Source: Desulfotalea psychrophila LSv54 (lineage in GTDB: Bacteria > Desulfobacterota > Desulfobulbia > Desulfobulbales > Desulfocapsaceae). Taken from it: a stretch of DNA of 32,000 nt. How positions within the stretch are numbered: the stretch's first letter is position 1; each line of letters opens with the position of its first letter. Shown one piece after another: positions 19,441-29,042 of the stretch. The stretch lies in contig NC_006138.1 in NCBI RefSeq assembly GCF_000025945.1, positions 600,001 to 632,000 on the forward strand, in the 5' to 3' direction. The position numbers were made by a program, and so were the translations under genes. The notes below the pieces were generated by a model. That model was not told the DNA's origin and did not search any database. It saw only the letters and a program-made list of their open reading frames with translations.

Positions 19441-19682
19441 TTTTCCCCCTAGTGCTCTGTAAAACTTTATCCACCATATATTGTTTGCCCTTTTCTCGCG
19501 CTGACTTCGTTTCTCATTCGGTCACATAGCGCTACTAGCATTCGTGCCTTGCAGCGCACCAAAATGGCTAAACAATATTTACGATATCTAAAGCCTACAA
19601 AGCACTAGTAAAAGGATGGGCGGAGGCCCCTGATCATTTTAGCCCCTATGCTATCACAGTTTTTGGGGAGAAAGGAATGCCT

Positions 19683-19713
19683 AGCTATCAGCGGTCAGCT
19701 ATCAGCTGTCAGC
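19683..19713. repeat. 14-bp imperfect tandem repeat, about 2.2 copies
   Basis: AGCTATCAGCGGTC AGCTATCAGCTGTC AGC. Confidence 0.8.
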
Positions 19714-19745
19714 ACTGCAGGTGGATGATGGGAATAGGGGAAAAA

Positions 19746-19853
19746 ATGTCTTCAACTGGTGACGTTCGTAGAGACCTGCAAATTGTTTTACTTCTTATTT
19801 CTTTATGGTATCCTTTTTTCATTGTAATTATCTGCAATTATTCACTTACATGA
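19746..19853 (+). CDS. Possible 35-aa single-pass membrane small protein
   Basis: AGGGG ribosome-binding-like sequence upstream, then ATG with MSSTGDVRRDLQIVLLLISLWYPFFIVIICNYSLT*. Not in the ORF track because it is shorter than 60 aa. Confidence 0.25.
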   Translation: MSSTGDVRRDLQIVLLLISLWYPFFIVIICNYSLT

Positions 19854-19961
19854 GTTGCTCCAGATTTGTTGGTTTGACTGCCGCAAAAAGGCGGATTGAG
19901 TAAGAGAAAAAGTGCGACAGAGTGTTGTTAAATAAATCACATCTTACACAAGGAAAAGACT

Positions 19962-20234
19962 ATGCCTAAATACATAATTGAACGTGAATTTCCCGGAGCG
20001 GGGAAATTGACCGCAAGCGAACTTCAAGGGATATCTTCGAAGTCTTGTGAGGTGTTGCGTGAGCTTGGACCATCGATTCAATGGGTTGAGAGCTACGTAA
20101 CCAAAAACAAAATCTATTGTGTCTATATTGCACCGAATAAAGGCATGGTTGTAGAGCACGCAAGCCAAGGCGGTTTTCCTGCCAACAAAGTGTCGGAAGT
20201 TATGACAAAGATCGATCCAACGACAGCCGAATAA
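19962..20234 (+). CDS. DUF4242 domain-containing small protein
   Basis: 90 aa. MPKYIIEREFPGAGKLTASELQGISSKSCEVLRELGPSIQWVESYVTKNKIYCVYIAPN...HASQGGFPANKV, typical of the DUF4242 family. Confidence 0.85.
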   Translation: MPKYIIEREFPGAGKLTASELQGISSKSCEVLRELGPSIQWVESYVTKNKIYCVYIAPNKGMVVEHASQGGFPANKVSEVMTKIDPTTAE

Positions 20235-20377
20235 CCCCAGTGCTTAACTGGCGTTTCCGCTCTTGAGTAGAGTGGGAACGTCTGTGAGAAGGTGAATTAG
20301 ATGGTTTTCTTAGAGCCATCTTCCCCTTATCCTAAGGGGAACCTCTCTCGCCTTTTAACTGCAATTGCTTTATTTCC

Positions 20378-20563
20378 CTATGTATTGGGGCCCCTGCTAT
20401 CGGTTGGCTTTTTGTTAAACAAATTTGGCTTGACTTGACGAAGCTCTTTCAACTTATCCATCAGCGTTAAATGCTTTTTACGATTCTTTATCATATCAGG
20501 TAAATCTATGTCCGCCCCACCTCTCTTACCACCACTATCGCCCTGATATAAAGTAATTATCAT
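20378..20563 (-). CDS. Small hypothetical ORF (61 aa)
   Basis: Open frame in a gene-poor stretch; charged protein; no family recognised. Could be spurious. Confidence 0.2.
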   Translation of the reverse strand: MIITLYQGDSGGKRGGADIDLPDMIKNRKKHLTLMDKLKELRQVKPNLFNKKPTDSRGPNT

Positions 20564-20818
20564 AGATTTCGAAACCTATTCACCAGATCATTTAGCCGTT
20601 AACCACAACAGTAAACCTCTCGCCACCACTCCACAGCATTATCAATCCCGTCCACATTCGCCATTTGATATTGGCACCGGCCAGGTACTACAATAGATGA
20701 GCAGACTATGGCAGGAAAGACAGCAGCAAAGGGAGTCTCATGGACTTTTCCGTGTACTGGTGGCCACCGAGTTTGGTTCTGGCACACATCCCAATGGTTA
20801 ATTCGATAGGAGATCAAC

Positions 20819-21862
20819 ATGAAAAAACTCATTTTTTGTTTTGATGGCACGTGCAATGACCCTGAAGATTCAGGTGATTTTTTCGAAGACTCTAGCGTCA
20901 GCAACATACTTAAACTACACGCATTTCTTGGAGGATCACTCAACCCACTCAATGCAGAAAACCCCAAGACATCCAACCAACACAGCTTTTATTATAGTGG
21001 TGTTGGAACACGTGGCTCCTGGTTAAAACAAAAATTTAACGCAGTTTTTGCCCCGCCCTATGGTGACATGGATGACATCCTTGATGAAGCTCATAAAGAT
21101 TTAGACAGACAAAACTATAAAAAAGAGGATGAAATTTATATCTTTGGTTTTAGCCGTGGAGCGGCAATTGCCCGAATGTTTGCTGCGAATATTGGCAAAA
21201 AAGTAACTTTTTTGGGTGTATTTGATACCGTTGCTGCGACAAGGGGTTCTCTTGATTTAAATCCAGAGAGTTACCCTGCGAGTGGTATTGTTTTTGAAGA
21301 TGGAACGATTGGAAAACATATTAAAAAAGCTGTTCACCTGGTTTCAATAGATGAAAAACGCCTTGCCTTTCAACCTACTTTATTTAACAAAGATCAAAGG
21401 GTCACAGAAGTATGGTTTGCCGGGGTGCATTCTGATGTTGGTGGTGGTTATTGGTTTGATGGTTTATCCGATATCACTCTAAGGTTTATGATTAATTGCA
21501 TCAAGGACAAGCTACAAGTACTAGACATAAAATCCATAGATTATGGCAAGTTAAAGATAAGTGGCGCTCAAGATGCTATTTGCTTTGATGACCTTAATAT
21601 AAACCCCATAACCAATGGTAAATTACATGAGCAAAAGCGTCCTGGTATTAAGGCAAAAACTCTAGCTCCGCGTTTAATTAGAGTCAACATAGATGACCAA
21701 CCATCAAAAAAAATTCCAATTATTCACCACACTGTTTCTGATAGATTTCATGATGTTACAGAATATCGTCCTTATGCGTTACGCGATGCAAGCTATTACA
21801 TAATGGACAAAAATGGGACTGTTGACACAAAATCAAAACATACAGGCATAGCGAGCCTCTAA
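20819..21862 (+). CDS. DUF2235 domain-containing protein (alpha/beta-hydrolase, phospholipase-like)
   Basis: 347 aa. LIFCFDGTCNDP, FYYSGVGTRG, IYIFGFSRGAAIARMFA (GxSxG nucleophile elbow), GVFDTVAA, VWFAGVHSDVGGGY. Confidence 0.9.
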   Translation: MKKLIFCFDGTCNDPEDSGDFFEDSSVSNILKLHAFLGGSLNPLNAENPKTSNQHSFYYSGVGTRGSWLKQKFNAVFAPPYGDMDDILDEAHKDLDRQNYKKEDEIYIFGFSRGAAIARMFAANIGKKVTFLGVFDTVAATRGSLDLNPESYPASGIVFEDGTIGKHIKKAVHLVSIDEKRLAFQPTLFNKDQRVTEVWFAGVHSDVGGGYWFDGLSDITLRFMINCIKDKLQVLDIKSIDYGKLKISGAQDAICFDDLNINPITNGKLHEQKRPGIKAKTLAPRLIRVNIDDQPSKKIPIIHHTVSDRFHDVTEYRPYALRDASYYIMDKNGTVDTKSKHTGIASL

Positions 21863-22312
21863 ATTTGATTTAGCCCAGAGCCAACGGTTCTTCATCAGTT
21901 CAGATAGTTTTATGCTTCTCCCTTCAAACCTTTGTCGAATGAAGATGAGTTGAGAGAAGAGATATGGAGAATCGGAGGACTAGCAGTGATGCGAACAGGA
22001 CAGGCTACCAATAGGCAATGGTTTAAGAGAGTCCAACCGGTGGCTGGCAGGGGCTGGAGTAGAGACGATATCCCCCTTAGGAGTTGCTAAGCGCCGTCCT
22101 AGAGCCCTTGCGCAAGATTCCGGCAGCAGAGTGTGGTCCAACCTCTACTGCCCTAACAGAGTACAGCCCAAAAGCCTCAGGCGAACTCTCGGCCTTTACC
22201 AATCAACAACTATGTCAACAACAGTGGTTATCTGAAGATACGAGTCTCTGTAAGAACGAAGACAGACTCAAGAGTCTGTCTCCATCCACTTATGGGCAAG
22301 GAGAGAAGGGGC

Positions 22313-24223
22313 TTAGTATTTTTTAAAGGCCCCGACAAAGGAGCTGAGGTCTCCAGCCAGAGTACGCAAGTCTTCCACCTTGGCTGCCACCAGATCACTG
22401 TCCTCGGCAATCTCCTCAACACTTCTGTTAACACCTCGAATATCCTCGGCCATCGTAACCGAAACCGCAGAACTTCTGGCCATATGCTCACTGACCTCCT
22501 GAATACCCTGGGAGGCCTGATTAATATTGCTGGCAATCTCCTTGGTGGTTGCCTCCTGCTCTTCGACCGCAATGGCAATAAGAGCAACGGTATCATTAAC
22601 CTCACCAATCACCCGGACAATATCAGCTATCTCCCCCACCGTATCTTCCGTGGTACTCTGAATATTAGCAATCTCTTCCTTAATATCCTCGGTGGCCTCA
22701 CTGGTCTGGCGGGCAAGCTCTTTAATCTCATTTGCAACCACCCCGAAACCCTTACCGGCCTCTCCGGCCCGAGCCGCTTCAATGGTGGCATTAAGGGCCA
22801 ACAAATTGGTCTGATTGGAAATATCGGTTATTACCTCGGTGACCCGACTAATGGCAGCGGCTGCCTTACCCAATATCTCCACCCGTTCCGAGGTACTTTG
22901 GGCCTTAGTCACCGCAAGCTCCGTCACCCCATGCGCGGCACCGGCGTTGGTGGCAATCTCCGAGACTGCAGCAGTCATCTCTTCAGCAGCAGCAGCCACA
23001 AGATTAATATTACCGGAGGCCTGCTCATTGGCAGCAGCAACACTGACCATGCTCTCACCTAGTTCCATGGCGCAGTCTGCCACCTCGGCTGAGGCCGCAA
23101 ATGCCCTGGAGGCATTGCCCTTCATCTTGGCGGCAACATGATGAAACTCATCGGCAGAAGAACCCAACTGTTTAGAATTACCGGCAATGGAACGCACAGT
23201 ACCACTCATCTGCTCCATAAAGAGATCAAACCATGAGGCCAACTCACCAATCTCATTATCCTGCTCTACCTTGAGGCGAATGGTGAGATCACCATCTCCC
23301 TCAGCCACACCCTGCATACCCGTGGCCACCTCCCGCAGAGGTTGGGTGATCGACTGGGCCGTCTTCAGGGCAAAGAGGACACCAAAGAACACTGCCCCAA
23401 TGACCGCACAGACAATGATCCAGAAAGAAAAGCTTACCTTGGAGTTGATACTCAAGGTTCCCTCATCCACCAAGGTTTGGGCAAGAGCGGTTGCCTCCTG
23501 ACTAAGAATCTGCATTTTCTTTTGCAGGGCCTGTTGCTGATCTATATAGCCATAATACTGTTGGAGGAGAACGTTCAACCTATCAAGACGGCTCTGAATC
23601 TCCCTATAGGTGCCCACCAAACGCTCACTATGACCAATAAGCTTTTCCCACACATCAATTTTATGGGCAAATTCTTTGAAATATTTGAGGTTTTTTTCTC
23701 TGGCAGCGGGGGTGGCACGGTTAAAATAGGCAAGGGTGCCCACTCGACAGAGTTGAGCTGAGAGCAGCATATCCTTGATACGAATAGCGCCCTTTTTAAT
23801 AAGAACGTCATAGCCGACAAAGAGCTGCCCTATCTCACCGATCAGGGCCCACTTTTTCTTCTCGAAGCTATCAAGTTGGGCAAAAGTCACCTGGTACTGA
23901 CTATAACGATCAAGCAGTTGGCTAGCGCTCTCACCAGATAGTGATGAGGCTTGGGACTCCAGGGCAGTAAAACTCTGTTGGATCTGTTTACGAGCCTCAT
24001 TCTGCTCGGCAAGACCGTCTTTGTAGCTGTTGAGCAGATAATTCCCGAAATGGCCCTTAGCCTCGGAAAAGAGCTGTTGGGAAATATTGGTCTGTTGATA
24101 TAAAACCATATTTCCCTCTATACTTTTCAACGAAAAAACACCGGCCCCACCGACAATACAGGTAAGGAACAACACCACAGCAAAACCAACACCGACCTGG
24201 GTTCGCAATTTCCAATTTTTCAT
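22313..24223 (-). CDS. Methyl-accepting chemotaxis protein
   Basis: N-terminal transmembrane segment and helical sensor region, second TM, HAMP, and the signalling-domain hairpin motif [48 protein letters not shown]. Confidence 0.95.
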   Translation of the reverse strand: MKNWKLRTQVGVGFAVVLFLTCIVGGAGVFSLKSIEGNMVLYQQTNISQQLFSEAKGHFGNYLLNSYKDGLAEQNEARKQIQQSFTALESQASSLSGESASQLLDRYSQYQVTFAQLDSFEKKKWALIGEIGQLFVGYDVLIKKGAIRIKDMLLSAQLCRVGTLAYFNRATPAAREKNLKYFKEFAHKIDVWEKLIGHSERLVGTYREIQSRLDRLNVLLQQYYGYIDQQQALQKKMQILSQEATALAQTLVDEGTLSINSKVSFSFWIIVCAVIGAVFFGVLFALKTAQSITQPLREVATGMQGVAEGDGDLTIRLKVEQDNEIGELASWFDLFMEQMSGTVRSIAGNSKQLGSSADEFHHVAAKMKGNASRAFAASAEVADCAMELGESMVSVAAANEQASGNINLVAAAAEEMTAAVSEIATNAGAAHGVTELAVTKAQSTSERVEILGKAAAAISRVTEVITDISNQTNLLALNATIEAARAGEAGKGFGVVANEIKELARQTSEATEDIKEEIANIQSTTEDTVGEIADIVRVIGEVNDTVALIAIAVEEQEATTKEIASNINQASQGIQEVSEHMARSSAVSVTMAEDIRGVNRSVEEIAEDSDLVAAKVEDLRTLAGDLSSFVGAFKKY

Positions 24224-24572
24224 TCCATTCTCTCCCAAAAATTTCTCTGTGCATTCTTTCTATATGAGTTAAAAGCTTACGATTTTTGTCAGGGAAAACA
24301 GCGAGTAAGTGTATAGAGTAGCAGAAAATGAATTTAAGGGCAATTATTCTCCATAGCAGAAATAGAGCAGAACAATGGGCAGAAGAGACAATGCTTTTCA
24401 GTGGAAAAAAATAGGTTCACAACTTACGACAAGCCCCCTGCCTTATGAGGGCCATAAGAAAAAGACTGCGCCTAGAAGTAAAGTGATAAGACAGAAGGGA
24501 AAGGAAGGACAAAAAAATGGCGCTGCGGGAGAAACCCACAGCGCCATGAAGAAACGGACCAACAGAGAGAGC

Positions 24573-26357
24573 TTACTCCTTCCAATCAGGACGGAGGTAG
24601 AGCTCTGTAAGCTGTTTACGGGCAACAGTAGCAGGCGCCTCGGTAAGGAGACAGGCAGCCTTCTGCGTCTTTGGAAAGGCAATGACATTTCGAATAGAGT
24701 CACTACCGGTAATGAGCATCATCAGACGATCAAGACCAAAGGCAAGTCCACCATGGGGAGGTGCACCAAGTTCAAGAGCGCGAAGGAGAAAACCAAATTT
24801 TTCATCTGCCTCTTCCTTGTCGATACCCAGGGCGGTAAGGACCCGAGCCTGCACATCTCTTTGATGGATACGAATAGAACCACCACCAATCTCAGTACCG
24901 TTTAGAACAAGGTCATAGGCACGGCTGAGTGCTTTGTCAGGAGCAGTTTCCAAAAGATCTAGGTCTTCTTCTCTTGGAGCGGTAAATGGATGGTGAATAG
25001 ACTGGTAGCGGTCTTCCTTCTCGTCATACTCCATAAGAGGGAAGTCGGTTACCCAAACAAAGTTAAACTCCTTCTTATCGAGGAGATCAAGGCGACGAGC
25101 CATCTCAAGACGAAGTTCGCCCAGTACCTGGAAGACAACCTTTTCGCTATCGGCACCAAAGAAGAGAAGATCTCCCTCCTGAGCATCAAGGGCCTCGGCA
25201 ATAGAGGCACGCTCCTCTTCGCTAAAAAACTTAGCAATGGGAGACTGCCATTCGCCATCAGCCTTCATCTTCACCCAGGCAAGACCCTTAGCGCCAAAAA
25301 GGGCCGCATACTCGGTCAGACCGTCCAGATCCTTACGGGAGAAGTGGGCGCAAGCCTTGGCATTGATGGCACGTACGGTTCCACCCTCTTCGGCAATAGC
25401 CCTAAAAACCTTAAAGGAACAGCTCTTGGCAATCTCGGTAAGGTTGACAAGCTCCATGCCAAAACGCATGTCCGGACGATCGCAACCAAAACGCTCCATG
25501 GAATCTGCATAGGTAATATGAGCAAATGGTGGGGTCAGGTCAAGATCCAGAGTTTCCTTAAAGAGAGTTTGAATCATACCCTCGGTCACCTCAATGATCT
25601 GCTCCTCATCAACGAAGGAGAGCTCCATATCGATCTGGGTAAACTCCGGCTGACGATCGGCACGCAGATCTTCATCACGGAAACATTTAACGATCTGATA
25701 GTAACGATCCATACCGGCAATCATCAACAGCTGCTTGAAGAGCTGTGGAGATTGAGGCAGGGCATAAAATTTTCCAGCACTGACGCGACTTGGCACCAAA
25801 TAATCACGCGCACCCTCGGGGGTGGAACGGGTGAGCATTGGTGTTTCGATATCAAGGAACTCGTTATCATTAAGATAGTTGCGAATAGCCTGTACCGCCT
25901 TATGGCGAAGAAGCAGGTTCCGAGCCATCGCCGGACGACGCAGGTCAAGATAGCGATACTGCAGACGTAAATTTTCTGAAACCTCAGTCTCCTCATCCAG
26001 TGGAAAGGGAGGTGTCTCAGAGGTATTTAAGATAACAAGCTCATCCACCAATATCTCTATATCACCGGTACCAAGCTTAGTATTAGCCATATCACCCGGA
26101 CGGGCCGAAACGGTGCCTTTAATTGCCAGGACCCACTCGCTTCGCAGGCTATGAGCCTTGGCGTGTACCTCTGGATTTATTTCTGGATTAAAGACAACTT
26201 GAGTGATTCCTCTTCGATCACGCAGATCTATAAAAATTACTCCACCATGATCACGTCTACGCAGCACCCAGCCCATCAAAATTACCTGTTTGCCGATATC
26301 TTCTTTGCGCAGGGCGTCACAAAAGTGCGTCCTTTTCAAACTTCCCATTGATTCCAT
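24573..26357 (-). CDS. aspS: Aspartyl-tRNA synthetase
   Basis: About 594 aa. [108 protein letters not shown]. Start may be 26396, 26357 or 26348. Confidence 0.96.
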   Translation of the reverse strand: MESMGSLKRTHFCDALRKEDIGKQVILMGWVLRRRDHGGVIFIDLRDRRGITQVVFNPEINPEVHAKAHSLRSEWVLAIKGTVSARPGDMANTKLGTGDIEILVDELVILNTSETPPFPLDEETEVSENLRLQYRYLDLRRPAMARNLLLRHKAVQAIRNYLNDNEFLDIETPMLTRSTPEGARDYLVPSRVSAGKFYALPQSPQLFKQLLMIAGMDRYYQIVKCFRDEDLRADRQPEFTQIDMELSFVDEEQIIEVTEGMIQTLFKETLDLDLTPPFAHITYADSMERFGCDRPDMRFGMELVNLTEIAKSCSFKVFRAIAEEGGTVRAINAKACAHFSRKDLDGLTEYAALFGAKGLAWVKMKADGEWQSPIAKFFSEEERASIAEALDAQEGDLLFFGADSEKVVFQVLGELRLEMARRLDLLDKKEFNFVWVTDFPLMEYDEKEDRYQSIHHPFTAPREEDLDLLETAPDKALSRAYDLVLNGTEIGGGSIRIHQRDVQARVLTALGIDKEEADEKFGFLLRALELGAPPHGGLAFGLDRLMMLITGSDSIRNVIAFPKTQKAACLLTEAPATVARKQLTELYLRPDWKE

Positions 26358-26399
26358 AATTGTTTTAATCCAGTTCTTTTTTACGTTTTCTGACAAGAT

Positions 26400-27656
26400 T
26401 TATTGTGCACTCATGGCAAGTGCTGCAAAAATATCACCTGCCACTAAGGCTACCTCGCACTGCTCTTGGGAGTCCATGTTTTTCAGGACAGCCTTGCCAG
26501 TTTCAATCTCATTTTCGCCAAGAATAAGGGTTGCAGCGACACCGGCCTTATTGGCCAACTTCATCTGCGCCTTCAGGCTACGTCCCTCATAATCAACGGC
26601 AACACCCACGCCAAGGCCTCGAAGATCCTGGCTCAAGATACAGGCAAGTTTTGTTGCCGCATCGCCAAGACCGATGACAAAGAGATCCAGTTTCTCGGCG
26701 ACAAACTCCGTTTCCTTCTGCTGAAGTAAGAGTATCAGGCGCTCCATACCAATGGCAAAGCCAATACCTGGCATACCGACAGGACCGCCAAGCTTTTCCA
26801 CCAGACCGTCGTAACGACCACCGGCACCAACAGCGGACTGGGCACCAAGATCATCGGTAATAAATTCAAAGGTCGTGCGGCAGTAATAATCCAGGCCACG
26901 AACCATAAACTTATTAAGGCTGTATGGAATTTCCAGAGACTCAAGGGTGGTACAAACCGTATCAAAATGGTCTGCACAATCACCACAGAGATAATCCAGA
27001 ATGGATGGTGCCTCTTCTACCTGGGCACGACATCCTGCATTTTTACAATCAAGCACTCGCAATGGATTGGTCTTGCTCCGACGCTTACAGTCATCACAGA
27101 GATGCTCAAAACGATCTTCAATAAACTCTACCAGGGCCTGCCTGTAGACAGGGCGACACTCGGGGCAGCCAAGGGAGTTCATTTCAAGTCGGACATTGAT
27201 GCCCAGGGTGCGGAAGACCATGGAACCCATGGCCATAAGTTCGGCATCAACCAGCGGATTTACAGAACCAAGTACCTCTATATCCATCTGATGAAACTGA
27301 CGCAAACGTCCCTTTTGGGGGCGCTCGTGACGAAACATGGGCCCAATGGTAAAGAGTCGCTGCACAGGTTTTGCGACGTAGAGTCCATTTTCTATGTAGG
27401 CACGGATAAGCGAGGCAGTAGCCTCGGGACGCATGGTCACCTTCTTATCGACAAAGGTGTACATCTCCTTTTCAACAATATCCGTTGCCTCACCAATAGA
27501 GCGAGCAAAAAGATCTGTCTGCTCAAGAATCGGCATACGAATCTCAGAAAAATTATGACGGGTAAAAATATCCCGTGTTATCTTTTCCACCTGCTGCCAC
27601 AACTCTACTTCACCTGGTAATATATCCTTAAAGCCTTTTAAGACCTTTATTTTCAA
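26400..27656 (-). CDS. hisS: Histidyl-tRNA synthetase
   Basis: VLKGFKDILPGE, YTFVDKKVTMRPEATASLIRAYIE, GPMFRHERPQKGRLRQFHQMDIEVLG, SAVGAGGRYDGLVEKLGG. Start placed at TTG 27656 preceded by GGGGGATGG; the longer track ORF adds 11 unlikely residues. Confidence 0.95.
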   Translation of the reverse strand: MKIKVLKGFKDILPGEVELWQQVEKITRDIFTRHNFSEIRMPILEQTDLFARSIGEATDIVEKEMYTFVDKKVTMRPEATASLIRAYIENGLYVAKPVQRLFTIGPMFRHERPQKGRLRQFHQMDIEVLGSVNPLVDAELMAMGSMVFRTLGINVRLEMNSLGCPECRPVYRQALVEFIEDRFEHLCDDCKRRSKTNPLRVLDCKNAGCRAQVEEAPSILDYLCGDCADHFDTVCTTLESLEIPYSLNKFMVRGLDYYCRTTFEFITDDLGAQSAVGAGGRYDGLVEKLGGPVGMPGIGFAIGMERLILLLQQKETEFVAEKLDLFVIGLGDAATKLACILSQDLRGLGVGVAVDYEGRSLKAQMKLANKAGVAATLILGENEIETGKAVLKNMDSQEQCEVALVAGDIFAALAMSAQ

Positions 27657-27962
27657 CGTTCCATCCCCCAAAATATAACCAATCAACATTTAGTTCAACG
27701 AAAAATCGAGAATTTAACCGCAATTTTTCATATTTGTCAAGCCAGACAATGTCTGCCAAACAAGCAAATCTTCCCTTTCTCTTTTCGCCTAGAATAAGCG
27801 CGATACCAGTCATTGCTTGACAAATCCCCAAGAGATGGTCATTATTTGTCCCCGTAAACCTTCTTTCCTGCCAGGCAGGAAGAATTATGTATGAGAGCAA
27901 ACTTTTTTATATAAAAATTACCAGAAATTCTCATACAACATAATCAACGATGAGGATAATAC

Positions 27963-28956
27963 ATGAAGTTACCATCACTCAAAATCGGCAACCTCACGGC
28001 GCCATTTCCCCTTCTCCAAGGAGGAATGTCCATCCGTGTCTCTACCGCCGCATTGGCAGCACCTGTTGCTGAGTGTGGAGGAGTCGGTATCATTGGTGGC
28101 ACCGGAATCCCCGTAGCAGAGTCTACAGGAAGAGATTCGCATAGCCAAGAGCAAGACTAATGGCATTGTTGCCGTTAATCTGATGTTTGCCATGAAAGAT
28201 TTTTATAATCAGGTCATGGGCGCAATCGAGTCCAAGGTTGATATGATCGTCACTGGAGCAGGCTTTTCCAGAGATATCTTCAAAATTGGCAAAAAGCATA
28301 ACACCCCCATCGTCATGATTGTTTCCACCCCGGGAATGGCAAAACTGGCAGAAAAACTTGGTGCCTCGGCAATTATCGCCGAAGCCAAAGAGGCAGGCGG
28401 CCACCTTGGTACCGACCAACCTCTGCGTAAGATCTTTCCGGCAATTCGCGATGCAGTAAAAAACATCCCCCTTATCGCTGCCGGTGGCATTATCAATGGT
28501 TTTGAAATGGCCGAGATGATGGACGAATACGGTGCAGATGGCGTCCAGGTTGCATCTCGCTTTGTTCTCAGCGAAGAGTGCCCGGTCACCGACGAATTTA
28601 AGCAGGCATACCTTAATGCCAAGAAGGAAGATATTGTTCTTACCTCCTCCCCGGTTGGCCTGCCCGGAAGAGCTATTAACAATCCCTTTGTCCAGGCCCT
28701 TAATGCCGGAAAAAGTATCGCCACAAAAAAATGTCCCTTCGCCTGCCTGAAACACTGCGATCATCACTACTGCATCAACGAGAGACTGCAAAATGCCTCC
28801 CGAGATGGCAAGATCGATGAGGGCCTCATCTTCTCTGGAGAAAATACTTACAAAATGAAAGAGATACTCTCTGTAAGTGAGATATTTAAACTCTTCCAAG
28901 AACAGGCCGAATCGGTGTATAAAGAAGGAAAGGGTTTTTGCCCTGCAGCAATCTAG
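27963..28956 (+). pseudogene. Nitronate monooxygenase (2-nitropropane dioxygenase-like), interrupted by a frameshift
   Basis: 27963..28160 encodes MKLPSLKIGNLTAPFPLLQGGMSIRVSTAALAAPVAECGGVGIIGGTGIPVAE. The protein resumes in the next frame around 28129 as EEIRIAKSKTNGIVAVNLMFAMKDF...GAGFS...EAKEAGGHLG...LIAAGGI...DGVQVASRF, ending at 28956. Confidence 0.85.
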
Positions 28957-29042
28957 CAGTAGCATACTGTATCCGTGCGTGGAGCATCTTGTCTCCACGC
29001 ATGGACCTCACTCCAACCAAAGCAACAAAGTTGTGCATATTA

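Noticed and set aside
20599-20976. 125-aa minus-strand ORF overlapping the start of the DUF2235 gene
   Set aside because: Overlaps the well-supported DUF2235 start region, and its sequence resembles no protein family.
21940-22320. Possible group II intron or other catalytic RNA in the gap after the DUF2235 gene
   Set aside because: No domain V-like sequence, no intron-encoded reverse transcriptase and no recognisable conserved core could be found by eye; left as an unexplained segment.
22292-23062. 256-aa plus-strand ORF opposite the chemotaxis receptor gene
   Set aside because: Antisense to the highly conserved methyl-accepting signalling domain; its Asn/Gly/Leu-rich repeats mirror the receptor's helical coding sequence.
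24990-25970. 326-aa plus-strand ORF opposite aspS
   Set aside because: Antisense to a clearly conserved aspartyl-tRNA synthetase; no recognisable domain. The same reasoning covers the plus-strand ORF 26967..27620 opposite hisS and the minus-strand ORF 28123..28998 opposite the nitronate monooxygenase.
28970-29017. TGCGTGGAG-CATCTTGT-CTCCACGCA hairpin between the nitronate monooxygenase and pcnB
   Set aside because: A real 9-bp stem but no following T-tract, with no other evidence of function; not strong enough to list as a terminator.
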